Source of the DNA: Octopus bimaculoides
Lineage: Eukaryota
Assembly: GCF_001194135.2 (NCBI RefSeq)
Contig: NC_068982.1
Coordinates: forward strand, 104,340,205-104,404,204
Direction of reading: 5' to 3'
Length of the DNA: 64,000 nt
The position numbers and the translations under genes were made by a program. Below are positions 1 to 14,300 of the stretch, one piece after another. The stretch's first letter is position 1, and the number at the start of each line of letters is the position of its first letter. Below the pieces are notes generated by a model. That model searched no databases, was not told the origin of the DNA, and worked only from the letters and a program-made list of their open reading frames with translations.

Positions 1-180
1 CAAAATAGTAATTTGAATCTCTACAATTATCAGTTTGCTTATAACATTTGTATTTACCTCAGTCTTAGTGGTACCTGATTTCAGTCAACAGTTCCAAACG
101 GAAGTCATTGCACTGATCTCTTAAGAAGTACTGATTCACTGAAAGGCTTTATATCACTATATACCCTCCCTTTTGTCTTT

Positions 181-250
181 TCTGTCACTATTACAGTTTA
201 TGTCTGTCACTATTACAGTTTATGTCTGTCACTATTACAGTTTATGTCTG
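181..250. repeat. 22-bp minisatellite, three full units
   Basis: TCTGTCACTATTACAGTTTATG x3 plus a partial unit. Confidence 0.95.
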
Positions 251-3200
251 GATGGCTATTTTGCAAAATAGGGGTGAACTTAATTGATGCAGGTTATCAA
301 ACTTCAATAAATACAAGAGACATCTGTAGATGTGGTATTTTATCTCATCAGTAAAATATTAATTTCACCAAAGTAGTGATAAGAGAATTAATAAGTAGGA
401 TCAAAGTATTGTAAGCCGAATAATTAAGAAAAATTAGCATATATGTTCCAACTTCTTTTACACTGTAAAGTAACAAACTTTGACACAACAACCTTTTCAA
501 CAAGGTACTGAGGGAAGGGTTTTTTGTTTTTTCCTTTTTATAATGTCTCTCATTAAATTATACTATCTTTCAAAACTCTGCAGTTTCAGCCACTACTCAA
601 CACCTAATTATTCTTGTGAAACATTCCAATTTGAAATATTCATTCTCACTATTGATGCTAGATAAAATTGTCTCCATAAATCTCTCCTGGAGACTAAAAA
701 CCTAGACCTGCCATCCACATCACTATTTCTAATTAGATTTTTGATGAATTGCATTAAGCATGTTAATCTATCCTTAAATGTTGATTTTTGATATAAATGG
801 CATCTCTAATATACATCTTTTTCTGATTGTGCTAATTTTACACACATTCTCAGGTTATGATATCATAGTAATGCATGGTGATTCCCTTACCTCTATTTTG
901 GCACATTCTGTAAAGCTTATGCTTTAATAAGGAGATATAATAAGATTGAAATATCTATTGAAATACACTGCTTTTGACTGAAATTAATTTTGGAAATAAG
1001 TTTAGTAAAATGATTGTTTTTGAAAATACATTTAGTAAAATAATTTTGTCATTATTAAGCTGATATTTAGAACATAACATGAAATTTTGATGTAAAGTTT
1101 TAATTTAGATGATTTTCAAATCAAAAGTTTGAATCATAGAACCACAGGCAGTCTTAGGTAGGTTAGTATCAAAGCAGTTAATCTATACATACTTCTGCGT
1201 TCAATCCCAAATACACTGTCCCTCTTCAGAGACTTTCTTTTGTATAAAACACACACATATATATGCAAGTGCATATGTGTGCTTTGTTTCACAGGACTAT
1301 TTTCAGTTCTAGCTTTGCCCATGTTTTCACATTTGATATCCTTCAGCTCTTTTTTAACTTTAACCATATCAATCATCTCCAGTTTCTCAATCCCATAAAT
1401 TTGGGAGTGCATTACTGGATATATGACTAGCCCTTTGTCTATGAGTATACTATATAACTTTGTACAGTTGCTATGGTAACAGTCATAACTTATTGAAATA
1501 TCCAAGATATGCGTGCTTAAGGAGAAAAAAATTAACTAATAGTAATAAAGATTATATTTTTTCTCTAGCGTCGACAAGAATACTATTTCCATTGGGGAAA
1601 TAATCAAAAATAATTTTAAATATCATCAGACTAAAATAATTGACTATTTGCTGCTTGCATTGACTGATAAACATTGGGAAAAGCTAATATTAATTAACAG
1701 TAAAGTATAATGTTAATACCTGTCAGGCTGCAGGTTTTATTACTCCAACCTACCTGGTTATTAGGTGAATAAAAAACTGTATTTCTTCAGAAGCTTTTGA
1801 TTAGATCAATATTTATGTCTCCCCTTGGACTATGTCTTAGGTTCACATATAATATCAAATTACTTAAGCTCTAAGTAAACCTGTTATTAAAGGATTTTTA
1901 TGGCTTGTATAATAGCATGTCTTAACAAGAATTTTCATCCACAAAAATATACCAGCAGTTACATTTTTTTTTTTAATTATTTTCATTTGGAATATTATAA
2001 ATGTTAATTAATTTTATAAGCATCTTTAGTTTTTGGTATATGAAATGCTATGTCTATATTGATTAAAATAACAAAGATTTCAGTAAGCAGTTGATTAAAG
2101 TTAAGATGTGATGGTCAAAGTACCATGAAGTAACACAGCAAAATAGAGGCTTATACCATCTATCAGTTGAATACTTTGTATTTCTTCTTCAGCTTGCTGC
2201 AACTGAAATACAACAGGAATTTCCATCCCCCTTTTGACTTTGGTAGAACCTCAGTTTCATGCTAAGTCTTGAATCTGACTTTAAACTGCATCTAATCTTG
2301 AGAAATCCTAGATGTTGGTTTTAAATTTTGGCACAAGGCCAGCAATTTCGGGAGAGGAGATAAGTTATTTAGATCAACCCCAGTATTCAACTGGTACTTA
2401 TTCTATTCAGCCTGAAAGGGATGAAAGGCAAAGAAAATCTCAGCAGAATTTGAACTCAGAAAGTCTTTAGATGAACGAAATACCACTATGCATTTCATCC
2501 AGTGTGCTAATGATTCTGCCAGCTCACCACCTTTAAGAAAAACCTTAAATATTGACAAACTAACACTACTCTCAGAACTGTAGAGTAAACTGCATTACTA
2601 AATCACCTTGACCCAACATAGGGTCCTAGATTTCTCTGTAACCAGTAAGCAGCTATTGTCGAATAGTAACTGTTGCCTTGTGAGAGGAACTTAGAAATCC
2701 AAAGACCTTATATGGCTCTTGAACTGAAAGGTCAAGAGTACATAACACCATCTTTTATCTTTTACATGTTTCAGTCACTAGACTGTAGCCATGCTGGAAG
2801 GGTTTAGTCAACCAAACTAACCCCAGTATTTACTTTTTTTTAAATCTGTTAATTTTTCTATTGAGCTCTTATGCCAAACCACTGTTATGGGGATGTAAAC
2901 AAACCAGCACCGGTTGTCAAGTGGTGATGGTGGGGAGACACACACATACACACACACACACACATATACTGCAGGCTTCTTCCAGATTCCATCTACCAAA
3001 TCCACTCACAACCCGGGACTATAGAAGAAGACATTTGCTCAAGGTGCCATACAGTGGAACTGAACCTAGACTCATGAGGTGGGGAAAAAAACTTCTTACC
3101 ACACAACCACACCTATGGCTATGTTGAATAATTATTACAAATTTTAAAATAATGCTGATATCATAATGATGTCTGAACTAATTTTAAATGTAAATAATTT

Positions 3201-3744
3201 ATTTCATAAGTTCAAAATCTGTTCTTTTGGTGCTGATTTCATGAGTTGTTAGTTCAAAGTCTGAAATAACTTACATTTACTATGATCCCTTATACCTCTG
3301 GTTCATTCTAGAAAATTCCTTTGTCATTCACAAACTTTTTTCAAATTAGTTTAAACTGTTATTTATTAATCCACCATACTAAATTTGTTTATTTCATTCT
3401 TAATAATAATGGTGCTTCTTCTGTCGTTTAGAATTTAAATATTTTCATATCAAAGAATAATAAGCTGAAAAAAAGTTATTTTTATATTCCACGGTAGGCA
3501 ACCAGGGTTGCTGGGTGTGTGAATAAAAATGCAAGAGTTACAGAATGGAGTAGGTAAGATCCAGGCTACATATGTTTCATAGTGGGTGGAACCTCAGAAG
3601 TGGTAAAAATCCAAGTGAGGTGTATACTGCCAGCTACTCTTCAGGCCAAGGATATCTTGATTAAATTAAAGGTTACATTGTCACAAGGATGTACATGTTG
3701 ATGCATATATGTGTATATATATGTGTGTATATATATATATATAT

Positions 3745-3943
3745 NNNNNNNNNNNNNNNNNNNNNNNNNNNNNNNNNNNNNNNNNNNNNNNNNNNNNNNN
3801 NNNNNNNNNNNNNNNNNNNNNNNNNNNNNNNNNNNNNNNNNNNNNNNNNNNNNNNNNNNNNNNNNNNNNNNNNNNNNNNNNNNNNNNNNNNNNNNNNNNN
3901 NNNNNNNNNNNNNNNNNNNNNNNNNNNNNNNNNNNNNNNNNNN
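3745..3943. other. Assembly gap (others 21690-21699, 28240-28495, 28999-29106, 41662-41882, 53303-53412, 61387-61460)
   Basis: N-runs, mostly at microsatellites. Features inside them cannot be seen. Confidence 1.
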
Positions 3944-3983
<40 letters not shown>

Positions 3984-4070
3984 TCAGTGGATCATATATC
4001 CCAAAAGGAAGCACACTCTAAAAGTAAGAGCAATAATGTATTTACATAAAGGTAAATATATGTCTGATCA

Positions 4071-4134
4071 TAGAGTGACCAATTGTTTCACAGCCATAAA
4101 GCACTTAGCTTTATAGACAACTCATCAGACTCCA
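4071..4134 (-). ncRNA. Type I hammerhead ribozyme motif in a PLE terminal-repeat fragment
   Basis: UGGAGU-CUGAUGA-stem II-GAAA-C(AAUUG)G-UC-ACUCUA. 6-bp stem I, 9-bp distal stem II, GUC triplet. Confidence 0.7.
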
Positions 4135-4147
4135 ATGGCCATGGGCA

Positions 4148-4183
<36 letters not shown>

Positions 4184-5229
4184 AATAAATATTTGTTGTT
4201 TATAACTTTATAATGTAACTAGCCTAACATTAATGCTTATATATTTCTTTGTGTGTGTATGTATCTGTATGTGTGTGTGTGTGTATTCATATCAGTATGT
4301 TCGTTCTATTTCAGATTGATGTCTATAATTTATAAATCTGTATGTGTGCATACATTCATGCACATACATTTTCACAATATTTTCATTTTTTTAAAACCAT
4401 TTTTACATGAAATACAAGAATATGTTTTCCTGTAGGCTACTAAGGTTTTTGTGACAAAGATAAACTATTGTTTGGCCCAGTTTTTTTTTCTTTTCATTTT
4501 TATGTTTGAAATACAATTTCCTTTTATGTTATTAATAGTAATTAATTGAATTTTCTGCCAGTCTATTTTTTCTTGCATGTTATTCTTTTCTTCCCCACTT
4601 CCTAATCCTCACAACCCTGATCTGTTGAAGCTCTCTATAAACCGATACAATCTTGATTAGAGTAAACCAGTCATGCTGAACAATCTAAATATAACTACAG
4701 ACTAGCCTAATAACCAATAGAAGCAGTCAATGCATAACTGTTGCAGCTGCTATGCTTTGGTCCATTGATTCTAACAGAATTTTTTTGTTCTTTTATTTAA
4801 TGACTGCTTACCTTATTGTGAAACAGTGCTTTATTTAGTGTCTGTTACTGAATAATAGGCGCCCTCCCACTTTGTATTATCAAGAAATGATCTGCATTAT
4901 AATGCCTACCGACTTAATGAAAGAATTAAAATGAAACATATAATAGTGTCATTTTGTTTCATTTGTATCGATGTTGTAAAATAATAGTTGCTAGCTCTGT
5001 GTTCCTTGTGAATTTGTAAATATATTTTGTTTCTTCTTTACACACATATCCTTAAGTAATGGTGGTGGTGATGGTGGTGCTACTGCTGGTATCAATTACT
5101 GCTTCTGCTACCATTGTTGTTTTCACATTATTCTTACCCCTAAGTCAACACTCATTGAGTAGAATGATTCATCAAAGGCTTTCCAGTTATGACCACCCTG
5201 TTTTTTTTTGTATATCATCGTTGTTGTGG

Positions 5230-5695
5230 CTGATGACAATACCACATGCCAGTAGAACATTAAAAGCACCATTCAAGCATGATCGTTGCCAGGGCCACTG
5301 ACTGGCTCCCATGCCGGTGGCATGTAAAAAGCACCATTCGAGCATGATCATTGCCAGCATCACCTGACTGGCTCCTGTACTGGTGGCATGTAAAAAACAC
5401 CATTTGAGCATGGTCGTTGCCAGCATTGCTGGACTGGCTCCTGTGCAGGTGGCACGTAAAAAGCACCATTTGAGTATGGCCTATGTCAGTACCACCTGAC
5501 TGGCCCTTGTACCAGTGGCACGTAAAAGCACCCACACACTCTCGGAGTGGTTGGCGTTAGGAAGAGCATCCAGCTGTAGAAACTTTGCCAGATCAGCTTG
5601 GAGACTGGCGCAGCCTTCTGGCTCACCAGCCCTCAGTCAAACCATCCAAACCATGCAAGCATGGAAAGTGGACATTAAACGATGAGGATGATGAT
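5230..5695 (+). repeat. RTE-3'UTR-derived repeat with internal ~60-bp tandem units (others at ~15195-15330, 52955-53300, 53640-53810, 58085-58290, 58300-58722, 59510-59657)
   Basis: Shared GGTGGCACGTAAAAAGCACC units, GGAAGGGCATCCAGCTGTAGAAAC and a (GAT)n tail. Confidence 0.9.
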
Positions 5696-5852
5696 ATATA
5701 TTTCATGATTGTAGCAACAGTGTAGAAACTTCTTTATTGGTTGATCCTGAGGCTTAGTGGTCAAGGTGTTGCACTAAAGATTATGAGATCGTGGGTTCAA
5801 TTCCCAGACTGGGCATTGAATTGTATTCTCGAGCAAAACAATTAATTTCACA

Positions 5853-5904
<52 letters not shown>

Positions 5905-8423
5905 TCGTTCATCATTCATTATATCCACGTATTTGTATATATGATGGGCTCCTTTCAGTTTTTGAGTATTAAATCCTCTCAGACAGCTTTTTAAGACATG
6001 GTGCTATAGTAGAAGGCTCATGCCCAAAGTGCATAGGATTAGGAACTTTTTAAACACACAGCTCTGCTTACATTTCATGTTATGGAATTCCATGGGAACA
6101 GGGAGGGTTTCACATTATAAACTCTACATTGCAACAAAATTCCTCAAAGTCAAGGAGAAAATAAGTATCACATTACAAGATTCTATGTTATGACTTGATT
6201 TCCAGGAGTGCAGCAATTCTGTAAAGCAGGGCATACCTGTATATCTATTTGGTAAGATTTAAAATTCTTTTTTTTTTTTTGTTACTTTTGTGTGAAAGTG
6301 AGGCTGCAGCTGAAATGAAGAAATCATATTTGAAGTCCTATAGTGACATATGAGACTATACCTTGAAAGAGTAATTATAAGGGCCCAAAACATTTGTTGA
6401 GTATTATCTATGAGAATATCAGACTTTGAGTGGTATCGGTAGTTTGTTGTAATAATATGTAATATCTGGTAGAAATATATAAAAACTGAATGACTTATCG
6501 GTGAAAGATGGTAACGTTTGTCGAGGGGATTGGAATATAATAGGTGACATAAAAGCTTATTGTTGTTGTTCAGGGCCAAGTCAGCAATGATTAAGAGAAA
6601 GAATGGTCAAAGGCTGCCACAAGGTCCAGTCCTTGTTACAGTGTGGTGGCTTGCATGTATCAGTGAGTCTCAGAACTATTCCAGTGGAGTGCAAGCTTCT
6701 GATAGGGCCTCCCATGCTAAACAAGTCAAAGAATAGAAACCAGATTAATACTAATTTCAAACTTTGGCACAAGACTTGCAACTTCAGGGAAGCGGGGTAA
6801 GTCGGTTGCATCAACCCCCAGTGCTCAACTGGCACTTATTTTATCAATCCTGAAAGGATGAAAGGCAAAGTCAACCTCAGTGGATTCTGAATTCAAATGT
6901 GAAGATGGATGAAATGCCACTAAGAATTTCACCTGGTGTGCTCATGATTCTGCCAACTTGCTGCCTTCAATTCCAGATTAATATTGACCACCTCTTGTCA
7001 AAGGTAGAAATGAGTTTGTGTAGGGCCAACACCCCTACCTAGAAAAAACAGAATTTTAGAAGCATTGATGGTAATTCAAACCAACAAGATCTTGGAGAGA
7101 AAGGCCTTCTCTTAGGTTCAGCCCAGAGCCTAGAACAGTGGAGAAAAGGTGTCAATAGCCTATGCTGCATAAGTAGTAAAGGGCTTAAGTAATGATCAAA
7201 GATATTCCAGCCATGAACATGCTATCTATTTTTTTACTACCTGCTGTGTTCTTCCATGTTTTTAAGATAGTAAAGTGTGGTCTGATGGAGATTTATCTGT
7301 TTTAGATAAGACAGCTATGTAGAAGCTGCTTTGTAGGCTTGTAATAACGTAGTCTAGCCTAGCGCTGGTTACAGAAGGCAACATAGAAAATTAAACCAAT
7401 GAACCATATCAACAATTACTGATATCCTTAATTGTTCTAAACCAGTCTGATACCATAACAAGTAAACTATTCAATTAGAAGATATGAAATAGTATTAAGA
7501 ATTCATTGATACTGAAACTATATTTTCTCTTCCAATTTTCTTCATATGTTTGGATGTGTGTGACCAGGAAATAAAATATCTCCACCTACACAAAACAAGT
7601 AAGCAGCTGCAAAATAAAAGTGTTATACCATCAAAAGTCTGAATGGACCTCATACTAACATAGAAAGCAATTACAAATGTGAACATAGGGACAAAATCTT
7701 GAGAACTTCTTTTGTTGATACCCTGAAATAGCTCAAATTGCTCAAATGTAAATAATGATATAGTTGTGCATCACAGATGTGTTATATTCTTTGATCAGGA
7801 TATTGATCCTATCATTTATAGCTCTATCTACACTGTTCCAATTATTATATTCTCCAATTATTTTTGTGTATATGTCCAACCCAAGCAAGCCTATAAAAAC
7901 ACTTGTAAAATTAATAATAATAATGATGATACTTCTGATAATGATGATAATGGTGACAACTGCAACAACTATTGTGTGTGTGTTTGTGTGATTAAATCCT
8001 TATCAAATAATTAAATCCATAACATCTGTTACACAGGTACTGAACAGATACCAGTAATACTGAGTAGACATGAAATAAATAGATAGATGTTTTTTTGTTA
8101 AATGAACAACCATTTGAGCTCAAAAAGGAGAGCCAACAGCTCAGTCACTGGTTCAATACACAATAATTGAGGAGGAAAGTAACTGCAGGTTGTTTGTGCA
8201 CACTTAACTTTAAAAAAGTCACTGAGATGATCTGATCACAGCTTTGAGAAGTTTTTCTTTATTTTGATTGCCAAATGCAGAAAGACCCAGCCCAGTGTGA
8301 GGGTCTTCACATCATGTATGAAGTGAGGTTGTACAGGCAAGGTAGCATTGGTTTCCCATACAAAGACATATTTTATATTGCAGTGAAAGGATAACTTTAA
8401 CTCTTGATGGACTATAGCATATC

Positions 8424-8523
<100 letters not shown>

Positions 8524-9569
8524 TTAATATCCATGTTCTATGTTGGCATAAGTTGGATGGTTTGACAGGAGAAGGTTGAAAGAGGGAGAGATGATAATGA
8601 GCTTGATGTCTTTGAAATCCAGAATTTTAAGTGTCTTTTCATTGGCAACATACAAATCTCAAAGTGCAATTTAGTTGATGATAAACTTCTTTTCTCTAAT
8701 TAAAAAAAAAATTGGTTTGCACTTTGACACTCAAACACGCATACATGTACTCATATGCACACACACACACACACACACGTGTGTACATACAGGCATTTTT
8801 AAATATTTTTACTGGTTCCAGCTAGTGGGCTAGGTTCATACTGGAGCACCACTTGCAATGATAGTGTAATCTGGATTGTGCTTGGCATTTAGTGAAAGAG
8901 AAAGTTGGTGGGACAATGAACATGTATAACTAATATCAAATTCATGAACCCTTTAAGTATGAAGAAATATAATTTTTGAGAAAACAATTGTGTGTGTATG
9001 TGTTTAAACCATCAAAGTACAAAGGGTATGTATAGATAAATAAGTAGTAGTTGATACAAAGACCACGAAGGAAACATTGTTATATTTCAGGATGGTCACT
9101 TTATTTTTCTTACCAAACTATATAGTAATTCTTATATATACTATATATAAGAATATATACTATATATACTATATATTAATTCTTCACTTGTTTATTATTG
9201 TTCTTATTTTATCTTATGTCCATTGTTTGGAAATCTTTCATCACACACCTGTGAAAGAGGAAAGATTTCCAGACAATGGACATAAGATAACATTAATAAA
9301 CAAGTGAAGAATTAACATATAGTATGTGTGTTTATTTGGTAAGAAAAATAGTGATCATCCTGAAATATAACAATATCTGTTTCAACACACAATTTCACAT
9401 CAGGAATCTTGTAAAGCAAATTCATAAATGTAAGCATATAAGAAATAGATTGTCTGAAATGCTTGAAAGGCTCTCTAGAAGTTGTTGATAGCCTCTGTTA
9501 ATTAGGTAATCTAATTAGCAGTTAAGGTTCGTGGTCTAAAAATATAGTAGCCAGAGTAAGAACAGAATA

Positions 9570-9900
9570 GAAAAAGTTCAGGGATATCTAATGTTTGCAT
9601 GTATAAACAACAGACAAAGCGCTCAGAGATAAACTGCATAAAATAGGAATCAGATGTAATGTACAAGAGAGAAGACTATGATTGTATAGGCTTATGATGT
9701 AAATGGAAGGTGACGGCTATGTAAGGTGCGGGGCATTAAAAGTTGATGGATCTTGTGGAAGAGGGGAAACCTAAGAAACTATGGAATGAAGTGGTGAAAA
9801 CTGATTTCTGGATGCTGTGCCTCACAGAGGAGAGGATAAAGTACTGAGATAATGGGCAATTATCTATCCATGTAAGTATGGTGAAACAAGCATTGAAAAC
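9570..9900 (+). mobile_element. RTE LINE C-terminal fragment
   Basis: Decayed ERRL...GSCGR..PKKLWNEVVKTD, homologous to 30400-30700. Confidence 0.7.
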
Positions 9901-10036
9901 ATTTGACAATGTTTAAAAACGTGATAATGACAGAGACTGGGAAGCATCAACTTTTAAGTCGCTCGCCCAATATTTCCTGTTATTGTTCCATTTGCTACTT
10001 CCCCTTCTTCTTTAATAACCTCTCATCTCCCTGTCA

Positions 10037-10071
<35 letters not shown>

Positions 10072-11990
10072 ACCTTCTCTTCTATCCATTGCACAATGCT
10101 GCTGGTATAACTAAGGATACCAGTAGATCCCTCCTATTTATTCAACCATACTGCCTGTGTAACTAGAGAGGTGATTGGATCTGTCCAACTCAGTTTGAGA
10201 GATGATATCAAATTTATCTATATTCAATTTCCCTACCACTAATCTTATCATCCTGCCTGTCTTGGTCACCATGAGGCTTATGTTTATTGGATTTGTTTGT
10301 ACACAATTCACACACAAATATTGTAAAAAGGGAAAACACCCTCAATACATATGATGCTAAATCTATAACTCAGATTTGCAATTACTAAAAGTTTCACAGA
10401 TGCAAAGAACATCTGTTTATTTAAACATTTTAATAATAGGTGAGACAGTCACATTTTAGTACTGTGAGACAGTCACAGTTTCTAAATAAAGCTAATCGTC
10501 AGAGCCTCATTTACCATTCAGTGAACCACCTAATTTTAAATTAATAAATTAATAGTGCCTTATACAGAAATTTTTTTATTCTTACTTATCCATAGGTCAG
10601 CCTTGATCCAGAAGACTTATGTTTAATGATTTTCCAGTCAATACCATAATTAATTCATGTTGGTATGTTTGTGATTTAGACATCTATTTTTTTCCTATCT
10701 GCATTTGTATATACAATGTAACTTTTAGCCATTATTTTATCTATGGACAGAAAATAGGTAAGTGTTCCATGCTAAAAGTTTAATAACACCTAAAAGTAGT
10801 CAGATCATCCCTTTTACTGATCATAAAGAGACAAGCCGGTGGTTTAACTTTTTTCCCTTTTTTGTTTTTACTTTTCACAGAAAAGTTCTCTCAAATGTTT
10901 ATTTGTAACACAGGTTTTAGCTCACTATGCCATCTTGAATGATCAATATCTACCACTGTTCATAAAGGAAGCCTAATATTTTTCAGTGGTATTCTGATCT
11001 GCTTGTAATGTTTTGTTTCTTTGTTCTTTTGTATGATACAACTTGTGTCAAAGCAAGCATTCAGTTGGAGACTATTTAGCTGAGAATATTATGTGCTTGA
11101 GTCTGTTGTATTGTAGTTTATGATTTACAAGATTGCTATATATATTAGAACATCTAAAGATTATTTTAAAACATAACTGAACAAAAGATATGATGGATCA
11201 ATGTAGATATTGATTTGAGTGATGTGTTCTGGGATTCATTAATGGTGGCAATTTAATTAGAGTGGTGTTAGGTGAACTGTACAACTTAGATCTGTCAGGG
11301 ACAACTACAGAAGTTTTAATAATAATTTCTTTATAGGAGGTTGAAAATGAAGTTTTGTGACATTTATCTTCTCCCTCAATGACATTAGCAGCAAAAGTGA
11401 AGTGATTTAGACATATTTGGCAATCAAGACTAAATCATGGAGTAGATATACCAGGAACTTTACTTCAACTTAATAGTAAAGGTGAAATAATGTATTAACA
11501 TAATATAACACTTTGTTGCTGTTGTTATTATTTAACCCCAGGCTATCCTTCATCCAGAAAATCTATAATTAAAGACTTCTCAGCTATGACACCCCCATTT
11601 TTTTCTTCAGTCATAGTGTATCCAAGATTACATCATCTAATATGTCCTTCCGTTTTTTTTTTCTTTTGTTTACTGAATATGATTTGAAGACTTGGTTGCT
11701 TTCGCTAACAATTGAGCAGCCATGTAGAGGCTCTCTAGTAATTTTTATTAGTTTATCTGATTGGTTACAGATTTTATGGTGTTTATGTCAGTCTATGGGT
11801 GCAGATTCTTTGCTGAGTGGTTAAAAAGGCTTTCAGAATCTTGAGGTCTTGAGTTCAATCCTATTGTGTAGCATTTTGGACAAGTGTTTTTGTCACACAA
11901 AATGTGATAACTGAGCATGGCTGTTTGGACGCTGGTGATTTGGCATAGCCGAGTGGACACAATGCACATACACACACAAACACTCACACA

Positions 11991-12028
<38 letters not shown>

Positions 12029-12687
12029 GTGCTCACAGAAATGTATACATACAGAGAAAGAGAAGAGAGAGAGAGAGAGCAACATTACAATTTATTCATT
12101 GAACAATATTGACATGAATACTTTCCCTCTTCTCATACAATAAGGAGAAATATGCTCACACATACACACACACTCATACACGCACATACATACATACACC
12201 CACAAAATGAAAGAAGCATTAACTTTTTAGCCTTCAGATTATTGTATCAGATGTACTTCTTATTTATTCAAATTAGTTTGAATTTATCATGAATTGTCTT
12301 GTAGCTTCAAGATTTTGATGGTGTAACTGTTTATTTTTAGAATGTCATTATAGGGTAGGAGTGAGAGGCCTGATTTGACCAGTTTGAACATAAAACAGGC
12401 AGAATATTTTGGTTGGATATGGCTGGTTTAAATGCTAAAGGGTTAAAGCAAGAGAAACATTAAAATGTCTGTTGTCAAACAAGTCAGCATTGAATTAGCA
12501 ATGCCAAATAGGTGGTGCCAAAACAGCTGCACCAAAATGTCTCATATCCTTTGCATAACTTCCAGTCAATCCAAACCTTGTGAGTGGAACTGGGTGGAAG
12601 TCCATCAAATAGATTGTACCTGATTTCAAAGGACAATTTTTGTCACATTTTATACCACACTGACTTGGCTTAAGAATTACATTAAGG

Positions 12688-12893
12688 CAGGGGTCGATGA
12701 ACTGGGGCAAATTATCTTAAGTGGGGTAAGAATGAAATTCTTGCGGGTAATAAGGACTCATTATACATAAGTAAAATTATATAAAAAAACACATTCCTTG
12801 TTATCTATGATTTTCTTTCTTTCAAATCAAGGGGGTAACGGCATAAATAGATATATTTTGGGGTAATTGGTTAAAAAAGTTCCCCTACCCCTG
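12688..12893. mobile_element. hAT MITE, 206 bp
   Basis: TIRs CAGGGGTCGATGAACT / AGTTCCCCTACCCCTG, 8-bp TSD CATTAAGG vs CATTAAAG (7/8). Confidence 0.8.
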
Positions 12894-14002
12894 CATTAAA
12901 GATACATGTGTCTGTGGAAGACTTGGCCATTTACATGTTAATAAATGAGTTGGACAATTAGTCAATCAAAGAAATAGAATGTTCATCATCAGAACTGATA
13001 TAAATCCATCATGTGACATTATTTTCTTCAGTTAGAAGCTATGAATCTTTAGATTCTTAAGTAATAGTTGGAGCAAATTATGGACTGAATTTAGAGAAAA
13101 GAAGACATGTAATAACATATAATGAGACGCGGCTGTGTGGTTAATTTGCTTCACGGCCACATCATTTCAGGTTTAATCTCACTGGATGACACCTTCGGTA
13201 AGTGTCTTCTACTATATCCCTGGATCAACCAATGTATAGTGAGTTAATTTAGTAGACACAAACTGTGTTGAAGCTCTTTGTGTGTGTGTGTGTGTGTGTT
13301 TAAAAGGTATTTTGTCCAATACTTTACCAATTCTTCAAAGTAAAAAGCTTGAATTGAATGAAAGCCATGACTGCATTTTTTTATTACTTGTTTTCTAGAT
13401 TGTTTGCAATGTAAATCATCATCATCTACTTGACACCTGGTGTGTTCAATACTTTGTATCATATGACTATGACTTCTTATTCACTGTCCTTTAATCGGAG
13501 ACCCCTAACTTTTCAAGGCTCAACACCAGTGAAATCATTTTGAAACAACGCCTTTTTACTCTCTTTTTGTCTTTCTTTCCTTTTTTTCTGTTATTAACCA
13601 TTCAGTTTTCCACAATACCATTATTTGAATGGAGTGGCCAGTGTCATGGGTTGGAGATGGTGTTCTGTTACAGTTGCTTGTCTTTTCTTGCTAATTACTC
13701 AATAGTAATGTCAGGGTTGATTTGAGTACAATGAGGCAATGTGTACTGTCCGGATACACACATCACACTCTCTATTAAAATTTGGACTCTAGGCTCATTT
13801 ATTCAGCATGTTTAATACAAGCCTTAAATCGTGATTTGCAATTTGTATCTTGACATATACTTCACTATAAAACTTTAGTCTAACATTATTGTCTAAGTTT
13901 TACTTCTCATATTTCAAATTAATTCCTAACCATTAATTCTTCAGCTCAGTAGCAATGACATATGTCTGTAAATTAATGCTTCTTTTACTTTCTCTTCTGC
14001 AG

Positions 14003-14067
14003 GTTGGTTTGGTGTTTCTGCTCAGTATTGCATCATTAATCATCTATTTCATAGATGCATCAGATGG
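14003..14067 (+). CDS. KCNMA1: BK/Slo1 channel exon, S1 segment (VGLVFLLSIASLIIYFIDASDG)
   Basis: Pyrimidine tract + AG at 14001-14002, GTAAGT at 14068. 65 nt, phase 0 to 2. Matches the Slo1 S1 motif LSIASLIIYF. Confidence 0.95.
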
Positions 14068-14096
14068 GTAAGTTAAACTATACATGTGTATTATAC

Positions 14097-14300
14097 TCTC
14101 TCTCTCTTCTCTCTCTCTCTCCCTCCTCTCTCTCTCTCCCTCCTCTCTCTCTCTCTCTCCCTCCTCTCTCTCTCCTTCCTCTCTTTCTCCTCCTTTCTTC
14201 CACCTCTCCTCCCTCTCTCCTTTCTCTTTCCCTTACTCCCATCTCTCCATCTCTCTCCTTCCTATTTCTAGCTTCTCTCTCTTCCTCTCCCTTTCTCTCT
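14097..14300. repeat. (CT)-rich polypyrimidine tract just downstream of the S1 exon (similar tract at 35880-36080)
   Basis: Direct reading. Confidence 0.95.

Noticed and set aside
10465-10510. Minus-strand CTGACGA...GAAA motif
   Set aside because: No convincing stem I or stem II.
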